Positions 36,707 through 49,302 of a stretch of 64,000 nucleotides of DNA are shown one piece after another. The first letter of the stretch is position 1, and each line of letters starts with the position of its first letter. The notes below the pieces were generated by a model. The model had not been told where the DNA came from and did not search any database. It saw nothing but the letters and a program-made list of their open reading frames with translations. The position numbers and the translations under genes were made by a program. This stretch comes from Zancudomyces culisetae HAW-14-8 (taxonomy: Eukaryota; Fungi; Kickxellomycota): the NCBI GenBank assembly GCA_052426225.1, contig JBNJNM010000014.1:372001-436000 (forward strand), read 5' to 3'.

Positions 36707-38761
36707 TCAAGAGTAAAGTTTAGTAAGAGCGGCAAGGGGGCTTGTGACTGAGGCATGGTACTCGTTGATTTGTGTGTCAGTAGATGACGCGGATGATAGA
36801 GAAGAAGTTGGTGAGGGTGTACAATCTGTAATAGGATCATCTTTTTTTGTTTGTTCACTTGTGGGTTTTATTGGAGAGCCATCTTTGGGTACTGATGAGC
36901 AGCTATTTGTATTATCTGCTGAGTTATCAGCCAGGGCCTTGGTTGGATGTTCAGTTGTATGCTGAACTGGAGAATCTACTGAAATTTTTTGTACTGCGGG
37001 CTTGGCGTTTACTGGTTTCCCCTTGTCAAAGGAGGTGGATTTGGTCAATCTTCGTGTTGTAGAGACGATAGAAACGGTATTCACTCGTTGCTGAGACGCT
37101 TTTGTCGCTCTTAGATAGCTTGGGATGTTGGTGTTTGGAGAAGGTTCTCTAATTCTATTAGGTCTGGTTGGTTCCAATGCATCTGTTCTGGCTCGTTTGA
37201 CTGGTGGTTGTGCTATTGCAGCAGCAGGTGTTGATAGGGACAAGGGTCGCTTTGATGGAAATGGGCGCGTACTCGTATTATGCATTTGTACTTGTGACCG
37301 TGGTTGCACTTGTACTTGTGGCTGTGCTTGTACTTGTGGCTGTGCTCGCAATTGTACTTGTGGCTGCAGTGGTCTGCCTATCGTCGAAATTGCTCTTTTT
37401 GCTCTAGGTACTGCCACAGCTATTGGTCTTGACATACTAGTACTGTTCTTTTGTGCATACGACTTTGGCACATCTCGTGCAATTGTTGATCCATGCAATG
37501 TCTGCCGACTTCTTACCTCCGACTGTTGCATCCCAATGCCTCCATTGCCTGTCAACCTTGCTATACTTTCTCTGTTGTTTCTAGCCCCCGCAAACGAGCC
37601 AATTGCCTTATTGGCTATTGTCGTCCTCCTTATCGCTGCGGGGTTCCTCACAAAAAAATGCTGCTTGTTTTCTTCTTGAAGTGCTAATGTCTTTGTCGCT
37701 TGGTTGAGCTCCTGTACTGCTTGCTCTACACCTCCATTCTGTATCCCTCCAGCCACTCCATTGTTCTTTTGTACCATCATCCCTTCATTCTCCACAGTAT
37801 GCACTGCTCTCTTCGCCCCAAGCTGCCTTACCTCATCATCTTTACCTCCCTCTCCGTATTCCTGTACGTCGCCTAACCCCACCATATCTGCAGTCTTCTG
37901 GGCATCAAATATTTTTTTCAGTGGAATCCTTTGCTTCATTATTTCTGCCTTAATCACTCCTAGCCTTCCTGCCGTGCTTCTCCTGTTTCCACTTCTTGTC
38001 AAGCTATCGTCTATCTTTAGATATTTTTTCCCTATACTGTCAAGCTTTCCCACCAACCTATACTTGTTGTCTGGGTATTTTGATATATACTCATTGTATA
38101 TTTGTTTCATTGTTGTTCTAACATCTACATCAGCATCCACCACTCCCTTTTTTATCGCATCCTCAACTGCCTCTGAATACAGTTCATTAAACATGTTTTT
38201 TTCTTTCTCAAGCTCTGCTTTGTCAAGACCCTCTGATGCCTCTACTGACCCAACGCTTTGTAATGTTACCAACAAGATCTTGGTAACATTCTTTCGCATC
38301 AGCTTGCTTACATCCGTTGTACCCACTTCTGCTATAGTTGGAACCATATGGAATGCTCGTGTGTGCTTTATCATGTTACCTGCGCACCGGACTCCTCGAT
38401 TCGAAAACACCTTATTTGTTCGTCCACAGATCTTCAGTATATCTGGCATAAACAACTCTACTAGTTCTTTAAACCCTGCTTTACACTCCCTAGCCACCAC
38501 TTCCAACATTTCTACTGTACTTCCACTAAGCCTTGTTCTTTCTGTTTGAATAGATCGCCCGATTGGTCGTGATATTGCTTTCAGTTTTGTCATAAGCTCC
38601 CCATATTTGTATCCGCCTGCTTCCACCAGCTGCGAAAGATTATTTATACCTGTTTCTATACTATCCCATGTATCCTCCTTTTCGTCTCGATCAATCACCT
38701 CCACCAGCGATTTCATTTTGATTAAAAAATCCGCCTCGTTTTCACACTTTGTGAAATCCAT
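36707..38761 (-). CDS. CLASP/Stu1-like microtubule-associated protein (CLASP_N TOG-like domain plus basic S/P/R-rich tail)
   Basis: EKEDTW, SIQTERTRLSG and LKICGRTNKVF are typical of CLASP_N. The disordered basic tail includes PSYLRATKAS. Confidence 0.75.
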   Translation of the reverse strand: MDFTKCENEADFLIKMKSLVEVIDRDEKEDTWDSIETGINNLSQLVEAGGYKYGELMTKLKAISRPIGRSIQTERTRLSGSTVEMLEVVARECKAGFKELVELFMPDILKICGRTNKVFSNRGVRCAGNMIKHTRAFHMVPTIAEVGTTDVSKLMRKNVTKILLVTLQSVGSVEASEGLDKAELEKEKNMFNELYSEAVEDAIKKGVVDADVDVRTTMKQIYNEYISKYPDNKYRLVGKLDSIGKKYLKIDDSLTRSGNRRSTAGRLGVIKAEIMKQRIPLKKIFDAQKTADMVGLGDVQEYGEGGKDDEVRQLGAKRAVHTVENEGMMVQKNNGVAGGIQNGGVEQAVQELNQATKTLALQEENKQHFFVRNPAAIRRTTIANKAIGSFAGARNNRESIARLTGNGGIGMQQSEVRSRQTLHGSTIARDVPKSYAQKNSTSMSRPIAVAVPRAKRAISTIGRPLQPQVQLRAQPQVQAQPQVQVQPRSQVQMHNTSTRPFPSKRPLSLSTPAAAIAQPPVKRARTDALEPTRPNRIREPSPNTNIPSYLRATKASQQRVNTVSIVSTTRRLTKSTSFDKGKPVNAKPAVQKISVDSPVQHTTEHPTKALADNSADNTNSCSSVPKDGSPIKPTSEQTKKDDPITDCTPSPTSSLSSASSTDTQINEYHASVTSPLAALTKLYS

Positions 38762-39940
38762 TGTGTTTTCCTATTTCCCTCTATCTGTATTATTTATGTG
38801 TGTTTATTACTTTCTACAACACTTTAGTTTCTGTTTATAGTTATTCCCGTACTTATTTGCCTATCTTTGCTTTTTAAATAGTATATTCGCCAAACTATAA
38901 TGTTTTGTTCTCGTTTACACTTCTCACTTTATTAGAAATATACAACATTGATTAATATCTCAAGTTTATCACCTGTATTAAACAACTATCTACCAAAATT
39001 CATGAATTGCCCCTTGACTTTCTCAAAAAGAATAAGTATGTTAAGGTTGAAATTTTATGTAGTAACTCCTTTTACTGTATTTTTTGTTTTGTCTAGTTAA
39101 AACATTACTGAACCTTCGTTCAAAGTATAATGCTTTTTTTTTTATTGTAAACAACTTGCCAAACTTTTTATTATCTTTATTCCGCATTTGTTTTATTTCA
39201 AGTTTAGTTGTACTAGAATTATCCAACAAAAGGCTAATTGGTAAAGTAAATTGAATGCAATGTTACTAAATCAAACACTTTTGTATCTCTATTTACCTAA
39301 ATATTGGTATTATTTCATCTCATATCTACGTATAAAAATGCGACTATAACCAATGTTGCAAGAAAATAAAATATATAAACAATGCTAATCCAAACATCGT
39401 TAGCTATGGTAAATTTGGTTGGTTTGTATTATTTACCTCTTATAATCTTTGGTGTAAAAGCTAATTATTCCAAGAATTTATGGCAGAACTAGAATTTTTT
39501 TCCACATCTTTGCTTCTAAATCTAAGGATTACTAATTCTCCATTTCATAAAAAGCTTAGTTTAAAAAAAAAAAAGTTTATGATTATTGCTAGAATATATT
39601 TTCCTCCAACATTGTTCTTTCTGCTTGTATTTTAATTGTTTTGTTCACCCTTACTTGCACACATTTTACTGCACATCTATTCGCCATATATATTTACAAA
39701 AAATAACTTTCTGTACAAAAAATTAGCTCAATTTTTTTAGCGCAGCAATCCATTTAATCTTTTTTTTCTCTTTAGAAAAAAAAAGTGAAATTTAGAAAAT
39801 CAGTTGTATAAACAATGCGTATATATTCAAATAATGCTAACCAACTTTCTCTCAATATAAATAGCCTATTTGGTGGTCAAGCAAAAGAAAAACCTATTGA
39901 AAAAATCTGCTGAAAAAAGCTAGCCAAAAACAATTGATAA

Positions 39941-41347
<1,407 letters not shown>

Positions 41348-42256
41348 GGCGTATTAAATGTTTATATGTTTGTTTGGATCTTGTAATTGATTTAAATGAG
41401 GATGTTTAGCTAGTGGTTTATTTCTATTTATGATTTCCTTTCTGCAATCTTATCTCATGAAAATATTTTTTTGAGCTAACCTGAAACTATTATAAACGTT
41501 AGTCATATTCTGGGCAAAATCAGAGCTATTTAACAGAAAACCAAGGCTGCTTTAAAAGTAGCTTATCCCAGCGTTTGTCAACTATCAGAATCGCAAATTT
41601 TCATTTTATGATGATTCAAGTAGCAAAATACAGATTTATGATGTTAATGAATAACATAATTTGTTGCACAGGAGATTTTTACATAAATTTTAACGCTCTA
41701 CCAATAGCTTTTGATGTAATGACTAAATTAAAATTAAAGAAATTCAATAATGGTCAATACAGCAAGAATGTGGTGCTGATACTGATTTTGTGCTGAACTA
41801 GCTTTCCTTTAATTCGTGTACTGGAAAAACATTGGCCAAATGAGACTGGAGAACAGAAATTGAATTCCACAAAGAAATGCACTTAATGAGCAATTACAAA
41901 CAAAATTGAGTGCAGCAGTTTCCTTGGTAATTTATAAAGTAAACATCAAAATTAAAGGTGACATTAGAAAATCAAATACCACTTTAATTTTGCTAGCTTA
42001 AAACCAAAACATTGTAATGCCAAATTTAGCAAACTAAACTGTTTCACTAACTGGCTGGGCTTCATGGAAAGCAGTAGTAAACTAGTCACTATCCACCATC
42101 TACAAATATCTATATTTTATTTCTCAGCTCGCAGTACTGAAACCACTAATCATTTATGAAAAATAATACGAGTTTTTAACATAAATAGTAAACCAAAAAA
42201 AGCCCACCAATAAAAAACCGACGATGGCAACCATCTCATCAAAAACAATGCAAAAG

Positions 42257-42329
42257 TGGAGAACCGGGGTATCGATCCCCGTACCTCTCGCATGCTAAGC
42301 GAGCGCTCTACCATTTGAGCTAGTCCCCC
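42257..42329 (-). tRNA. tRNA-Ala (anticodon AGC), copy 1
   Basis: 73-nt cloverleaf GGGGGACTAGCTCAAATGGTAGAGCGCTCGCTT-AGC-ATGCGAGAGGTACGGGGATCGATACCCCGGTTCTCCA with the G3:U70 Ala identity pair, followed by T-runs. Confidence 0.97.
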
Positions 42330-42333
42330 AATG

Positions 42334-42416
42334 TGATTAGAGTGGGATTCGAACCCACGCCTCCGGAGAGACCGCGGCCTTAACGCGGCGCCTTAGACCA
42401 ACTCGGCCATCTAACC
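42334..42416 (-). tRNA. tRNA-Leu (anticodon AAG), copy 1
   Basis: 83-nt type II cloverleaf; anticodon arm CCGCG-TTAAGGC-CGCGG, long variable arm, GTTCGAATC T-loop. Confidence 0.96.
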
Positions 42417-42589
42417 ATATTTTTTGTAAGCTGAGTTGTAAAGAGATAAACCTAGATCAGATGTTGAGCATCTTTTGTTTTTTAATATATTTGTTAGTTT
42501 TAAGATATTTCTGAAAGTTGATAACTATAGGGACTCTGGTATATTTATATTTTGCGAATCAGATTTAATATTATTAATTATCACTGCAT

Positions 42590-42931
42590 TCACATTGATA
42601 GAATCAAAATTAAAAACAAAATTAGTGTTATCAAACTAACTCGTGACTTGGCTGAGCCACTCGTATTCAAACTAATCTCAAATTTACCTGTCCCTTCACA
42701 ATCTTGCATAGTTTCAAGTGTAAATCCTGTACCTAGATAGAAATTCAAGCAAGTCATCCCCACTCTAGTTATCTCAGCAACATCCGATTTCTGGCTACTC
42801 TTGCAGTTATATACTGTCCTATTGTTTTCATATAGATGGATACTGGCACTGTGGTTGTGAGTGTATAGAAAATTACCAACATTATTTCCTGGAAAACACT
42901 GTTGTAGTTTAACGACCTTTTTAGTAGACAT
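42590..42931 (-). CDS. Small Cys-containing ORF with a C-terminal hydrophobic (GPI-signal-like) tail; possibly a terminal exon or gene remnant
   Basis: MSTKKVV...SGSAKSRVSLITLILFLILILSM* has small residues followed by a hydrophobic C-terminus. No signal-peptide exon was confidently found. Confidence 0.35.
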   Translation of the reverse strand: MSTKKVVKLQQCFPGNNVGNFLYTHNHSASIHLYENNRTVYNCKSSQKSDVAEITRVGMTCLNFYLGTGFTLETMQDCEGTGKFEISLNTSGSAKSRVSLITLILFLILILSM

Positions 42932-44184
42932 TTTAAGCCAAATTAATTCTGAAATATATAGATAGTTATTTTTTGCAGATTTTGGTAATGAGAAAGAAAA
43001 ACCAGATAAATATAACCCACTACAGCAATATCTTGTCTTTTTTATATAAAAAGATAAAGTGTATACTAAAGGTATTTGTAAATCAAATAGAATCGCTTTT
43101 ATCTTCCTAGCTGGGAGTGTCAAGTGTGGTGTACTTTACTTCGGTCAATGAGTACCTATGTTGTTTTTTATTTTATTTTACCTTTAATATATCCGTGACA
43201 ACGATACTTTTTTAACACATTTATATATATTTATTTTTTTTAATTCAATATTGTTCAAAGGGACAAAGCTAATATTTCTTTCTAAAACTATATAAACCCA
43301 AACCATTCACTTATTTTTTCAATTGATTTAGGTATATAGATGTAAATGTAATTAAAATATTTATAAACAATGCTAAAAAACCAATAACAATCATATTCTT
43401 GAAAGCCAAATGAGAGAAAACTTGAAACAGGATAATTTTATAGTTTTTATAATTAATACGACATTTTGGCAATCTGTTTGGTAGATCCACAACCCTAGCC
43501 CCAAATTTCAGTCTTTTTTCAGATTTGTCATGCGTTTTTTTATACCTCATTCAATCTAGATATGCGTCTACACTATTTGATGAGTAATATCTAGTTATAT
43601 TATTGCCATTGTACTTTTTTGTAAAAAAAAATACTTAACTAATAAAGTATAAACCTCGAGATGCCATACCTATTGCATTATGTATAATTTATGAGCTAAA
43701 ATGCTATTTTTGTTTACAATTAACTAACTGAATTTTCACAAAGGATCTTAATTAAATCCGAGTATATTCAGCTAAATCTCAAGTTGTTGATTATTATCTA
43801 TTGCTCTACTAACAGGTTTATACCTGAACATTTTTTAAATCTTTTCTTTATTTAACTTTTTTATTACTGAAACTTGACTAATAATATACTAATAATATCT
43901 TAAGAATGCTCCTTCTTCCATTTCCTTTCGGTCCTAAAGTAACCTATATATGAAATAACAGCAGTCAAAACCTGTAGGAAAACCTGTTCCTTTCGGAAAG
44001 TAAAAACCTAGGACTTTATCTTGTGACTAATAATAATTAACTGGAATTATAAAAATAGAACTGATAACAACTTCCCCAGTTCGCCACGATCTTATTTTAA
44101 TCCAAATACATTCAACTAGATCTGATATTGTTGATCATAAATCTTCAACAATGGCTAATACAGGTTCAACCATTTTGTATCTAT

Positions 44185-45759
44185 TTAAAATTGTATCCCA
44201 CTAATCCATTTATTTACCATATCCAACGTGTTTTCAGGTTGTGAATACGGTGCCATATGTTCTGCCTCGTATATCTTTATATACGTCAAGCCTCCATAAC
44301 TCTTCACCATACCACTCGAGTCATAATTATTGAACTCAGTTATGGGTATCTTTTTAGACATCCATTTTCTCTCCTCAGCAGAATTATATTCCGCCCTTCC
44401 ACTCCACTCAAGTTTTTTCAGTACGGCCTCAATTCCCATCCAATTACAAATCCAATCAGCATCTCCCGCATAGTTCAACACTTTTATCCCGTTATCGAGA
44501 AGGTATGCAAGATTATGGCTCTGTGATCTCATGTAATCCCCACTCAAGACAAACTTGATGTGAATTTTATCGTTGCATACTTCAAATTTAGATATCTCGG
44601 CCCCTAATGAATCCTGAATCTCTTTTTTATTAAGGTATTCAATACCCTTGTATCCATGTAGATAAAGCTTTGTGGGTACGTCGCGATTAGATCTGACGTC
44701 ATGTATGTTTCGATAATCGGCGTAAACATCAATTGCTTTATTGCATGGATAGTACGCAATTGCGCAAGTCAATCTTTCTGCCTCAGGGCCACATGAAGGA
44801 TAATCATAATTAGTCAGTAATTCTGGGCTTTGGCATTTAGCCAATTGTTCAGTACATTCACTAGTCATTTCATCGATCAGTCTGCATTTATCGTCTGAAA
44901 GGGCTTTGGGGTATGTTGAATCACAAGCCATTTTTCCAAAATATTTGACCTGTTCCAAGGGATCAATATACCCGTTTCCTATTCCTATACTTTTTAAGTT
45001 AATCTTGAATCCATTGTTTTTGTTGCTTTCCTGGTTTTCTTGAAATATTTTTTTGCCAATCTCTGGAATATAGTGTCCGGCATAGCTTTCACCAAATAAA
45101 TGTACTTCACTGTTATCATATTGTGTAAAATTCTCCAAAAACATCTTCAAAAATGCATAAGCATCATCCGCAATAGCTGAACTATTATATCCGCTTGGAT
45201 TACCATAAGAAAAACCTGTTCCCAAAGGCTGGTCCAAATACAACATGTGTGCATTTTTGTTCCACGAATAATCGTTTGTAACTGTCCCATCACCGTTGGG
45301 ATTAACTCGACATGGTCCATTTTCCATAAATAAGCCAGTTAATGAGCTACAACCAGGACCTCCGTTTAACCATAGTATGAGTGGCGCATTTTTATTGCCA
45401 GTTTGTGACTCGAAAAACCAGAAAAAAAAGTTTTTATCTTTGGCTGTGCTGATGTATCCAGAAAACGATTCCTCGCCGTGGGTATTGCATAGGTTTGGTT
45501 TTTTAATCCTAACGAGTGGCTGCTGTGGCTCTTGTGGCTCCTCGGCTTTTTTACTGAAAGAATTGATAAAATCCTTGTTTTTTTTTTCAATATCCCCAGA
45601 ATTCAGATTTCTGGTTGTGGTTGTGGGATCAAGGTCCATTACAACCATTTCATTATCACTTTTTTCACCGGTGGCGCTGGATGTTTTGGTGAGTGCACAC
45701 AACACCATACATAGGAGTAGGTTCCTGCGGAGGTTATTAAATTTAATGTTAACTAACAT
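44185..45759 (-). CDS. Secreted serine carboxypeptidase, family S10 (carboxypeptidase Y-like)
   Basis: Signal-peptide-like N-terminus; FFWFFES, WLNGGPGCSS, LDQPLGTGFS, GESYAGHY (Ser), GDADWIC (Asp), EHMAP (His). Confidence 0.95.
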   Translation of the reverse strand: MLVNIKFNNLRRNLLLCMVLCALTKTSSATGEKSDNEMVVMDLDPTTTTRNLNSGDIEKKNKDFINSFSKKAEEPQEPQQPLVRIKKPNLCNTHGEESFSGYISTAKDKNFFFWFFESQTGNKNAPLILWLNGGPGCSSLTGLFMENGPCRVNPNGDGTVTNDYSWNKNAHMLYLDQPLGTGFSYGNPSGYNSSAIADDAYAFLKMFLENFTQYDNSEVHLFGESYAGHYIPEIGKKIFQENQESNKNNGFKINLKSIGIGNGYIDPLEQVKYFGKMACDSTYPKALSDDKCRLIDEMTSECTEQLAKCQSPELLTNYDYPSCGPEAERLTCAIAYYPCNKAIDVYADYRNIHDVRSNRDVPTKLYLHGYKGIEYLNKKEIQDSLGAEISKFEVCNDKIHIKFVLSGDYMRSQSHNLAYLLDNGIKVLNYAGDADWICNWMGIEAVLKKLEWSGRAEYNSAEERKWMSKKIPITEFNNYDSSGMVKSYGGLTYIKIYEAEHMAPYSQPENTLDMVNKWISGIQF

Positions 45760-47212
45760 TTTTTTTAAAAAAAAAATGAAAAGTTTTGTTTATACTTGGA
45801 CGTTCTGGATGATTTAACGGTGCTGTGATATCGTCTTTTATGTTTGTGGAACTGAGATGATTAGTGAGAGGTCACTAGAATTTAGATGCTATTTATACAT
45901 TTTCTTTTTCTTTGTTAGCTCTACTGTTAACAAAGAAAGTAAGCCTATTGATTTAATATGCTGAAGGAGATGGATATTATTACACTTCAAAAGTGATGTA
46001 TATGATGGATACTGCGCATAAAATAAATATTCAGGTCTTAAATTGTCAATATTGCCGAAACCTTACATATAATGCATATGTGTTTGTCCTATCGTGCCTT
46101 AATGTTCTAAACAATAGGATGGTATCGTTTTTCTTTTTTTTGATTCTGCTTTTTCCGCGTTTTACTAAATAACACAGTATAAGGCTTGTTTCTTGCCAAA
46201 CATCTGCACAAAGAAGAGTGAAAAACAAATAGCTTATTCTTGTTGGGTGAGAGAGTGTAAAAATTTGTATTTATCAATCATATGTCCCTTTGTGTTATAT
46301 ATATACACATTAGATACACATCTATGAATTGATAATGATATTTAGTAGTTGAACTTTTGTAATACTGTGCCTTGCTTTAATATTCTTTTCCTTAAAGTGA
46401 CCGTTTTAGTATGTCATCATTTTGAATTTCGTATTGTTCATAATTATAATTGTGGAAATCATCTTTTCAAGTAAATACAAACTTTTTAATATCTTTTGGA
46501 GTACTCAATACTATTTTGAACTACCCAGAAAGTCAATATAGCTCTAAACATACACCATTATTTATACTTTTTTTTATTTTACCGACACAGGATGATTCAG
46601 TATTTACGAATTATCCACTTTCGACCTTCTTGGTACAATTTTTGTTGGGGAAACACCAGGAAGGAAAACGATCCGAAAATATTTTTGTATAGTTTCTTTT
46701 CATTTTACTTTGATTTTATAACCATTACTTTGCGCTTCCAGCATATATTTTGTTCCACCTCACCGAATGCCTAGCTGATAGTTATCCAGTGGGACATTCA
46801 ATATATATGTACATACTGATTGGAAAAAAGTATAAAATGTAAAAACTTGGGCAGAACTATACACCCATTGATCGTCCAACTAATGGTGCTTGCCTCCGGT
46901 TCATCACGCCTACCCCTTTTCATGGGTCTTTCGGAGTTGTGCATTTTGCACATTCTACTATCAATTTTCAGACTTCAACTGAAAGATCGGTTTTGTAAAA
47001 TTAAAATAATTTTTTTTTTGATTTCCTTTGGAGGTAATGTTTAGTAAAAAAAAAGGATTTATCAAACAAAAAACATTGTTAATTTCAAAGTTTTGTTTCA
47101 CACTAAAACCAAACTCGAGTTCATTAAACAGAAAAGTTGAAAAAGTGTTTAAATACCAAAGTTGAATGTTATAAGGCTCAAAATTTCGACAAACATCAAT
47201 CTAAAAGCTAAA

Positions 47213-48282
47213 ATGTTCATTTTAACGAAAATCAAGGATAGTATAGAAATCAAACCCAAAAATCTCGGCAAACCAAGGCTAGATGCTGTAACGGTCGAAA
47301 TAAACAAACTATATGCAAATAAGGTACTTAATTCACTGTAAATATCTGTTGGTGCTTTGAATGAAATTGAAATTTATATGTTTTTTTATTTGTTCATAAT
47401 TATCTTTATATTTAAACCATGTTGATAACAATATATTATTATAAATCATTTCAACTTGCAATCTTTTTGCTTTAGGTACTACATGATATAGGATTATGTG
47501 TTCGAGTATTTGACATTCTGGAAATTAAAAACGGGTTCGTGCAACACAGTGAGGGTGGTCTCTGGGTCACAGGTAATTTATAAAATTCAAAGATTGGATA
47601 ACTTGTTGCATTTTAAGATTACTAATTCATTTTTCCTTATACAATAGCCACATTTAGACTCATAGTTTTTCGACCCTTTGCTGGTGAAATTATCGAGGGA
47701 AAAATTAGTAGCTGCAACCCGTCCGGAATTAAAAGTAAGAAGGTTATGACTTTGTACGCGATGAGTACTATCTTGGAATACTAATGGTACTAACGATTAC
47801 ATTGCTAAAATAATCAACTAGTTTCCTTGCAGTTTTTTGAAGATGTTTGGATTCCTAAAGAGCTATTGCGAGAGGGCACTGATTTGTAAATACACAAAAC
47901 ATTATTATCACTAATATGTTTATCAGTTTTGTAATATTTTAGATAAATCCATTACTCCAAAGCTTTGTTATTTTGACGATACATTAAAAATAGTGATACC
48001 ACAGAGGGCGTATTTGTGTGGAGGTACGAGGGGCAGGAATTCTTTTTGGATTTAGACGAACAGGTAAAGCTACGCGTTGTTGAGGGGAATTTCACGGATT
48101 CGAACCCACCTCGACCAAACCCGAATGGTAAAAATGCTGGTATTGGTGCCGGAGCAGGAGTTCCAGGGTCTATAATGAACAACGGCTCGTCAAACGATTC
48201 CAACTCGGCTAATCATGTTCCACCGTTTTTACTTATTTGTTCTATGAATGAGGACGGTTTGGGCCCCATTACCTGGTGGTAA
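47213..48282 (+). CDS. RPC25: RNA polymerase III subunit C25 (RPC8/POLR3H), 5 exons
   Basis: The spliced product is MFILTKIKDSIEIKP...INKLYANK|VLHDIGLCV...|FRLIVFRPFAGEIIEGKI|SLQFFEDVWIP|...SMNEDGLGPITWW*. Confidence 0.93.
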
Positions 48283-48628
48283 GCTGGGTCATTTTTGGAT
48301 TTAGAGTTGACGTTTTCCTTTTTTGTTTGCGTAGTGTATAGTAATTATTTATATTTTCAAGTTGATATTTTTCTACAGATCAAATGTAAATACGATTTAA
48401 ATATGGTATATAACAACACCATTGCGGTAATCTAAGTGTAGCGTAAGCCATTACTATATCAAAATAACAATGTGTGTATTCTTGGAGTTTTTACATATCA
48501 GCCATAGCCAACGCCCTCACACCATACAAAACTCGAAAGTCAAATTTTGCAAACTAGATCAAAGTATAAAAAAGCCTACCAATAAAAAACCGACAATGGC
48601 AACCATCTCATCAAAAACAATGCAAAAG

Positions 48629-48701
48629 TGGAGAACCGGGGTATCGATCCCCGTACCTCTCGCATGCTAAGCGAGCGCTCTACCATTTGAGCTAGTCCCC
48701 C
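48629..48701 (-). tRNA. tRNA-Ala (anticodon AGC), copy 2
   Basis: Identical to 42257-42329. Confidence 0.97.
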
Positions 48702-48705
48702 AATG

Positions 48706-48788
48706 TGATTAGAGTGGGATTCGAACCCACGCCTCCGGAGAGACCGCGGCCTTAACGCGGCGCCTTAGACCAACTCGGCCATCTAACC
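48706..48788 (-). tRNA. tRNA-Leu (anticodon AAG), copy 2
   Basis: Identical to 42334-42416. Confidence 0.96.
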
Positions 48789-49302
48789 ATGCTTTTTGTA
48801 AGCTGAGTTGTAAACACATAAATCTAGATCAAATGTTGAGCATTTTTATGGTTTTTTTATTAAGATTTTTTTTATAATCGATTATGAAAATAGCTTTAAC
48901 CGGATCTACGGCACATATTTAGCCTGCTATTTCAATACTGTTACACATACTATCGCTCATTCTTGATCAAATTTCAAGTTCACACCCCCTTTTTATTATC
49001 TTCAAATTATTGGGTACTACTCGACTTTTTCTTTGAATAAAAGCAAATATATTCAAAGTATTCAGCATCGTTTTCTTTTGGTTAGATGAGTTTATTAAAT
49101 AGATATCACATAGTACTCCAAAAAATAGTTCTGCAAAATAGCAACCAACCAATTCCCGTATTCATCATCAACCCTCCTTTTTGTAGCCAAAACTAGAATT
49201 ACTTGTTTATTATCAATACCATGGTTCTAAAATCCGAAAAGTCGATATTTAAATTAAAGTTACCAGTCTAAAACTATAACGTTTCAGACTAAATAAATAA
49301 GA

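Larger units (their letters stand above)
42196..42475. repeat. About 280-bp direct repeat, copy 1 (tRNA pair plus flanks)
   Basis: Near-identical to 48568-48847 (offset 6372). The tRNAs and spacer are identical and the flanks differ by a few substitutions. Confidence 0.9.
48568..48847. repeat. About 280-bp direct repeat, copy 2 (tRNA pair plus flanks)
   Basis: Near-identical to 42196-42475. Confidence 0.9.

Noticed and set aside
29202-38549. Long antisense ORFs over ArgRS, beta-tubulin and the CLASP-like gene (and similar ones over seipin, MMS22-like, HPPD)
   Set aside because: These are shadows of codon bias on the opposite strand of real genes, with no independent protein motifs.
31669-38761. 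Beta-tubulin and CLASP-like gene as a functional microtubule cluster
   Set aside because: Only two genes with an unrelated gene between them; no evidence beyond proximity.
42196-48847. Autonomous mobile element (LTR retrotransposon or recombinase-bearing island) defined by the direct repeats
   Set aside because: The repeats are tRNA cassettes, not LTRs. No gag/pol, transposase or recombinase is present, and the interior holds a core housekeeping gene.
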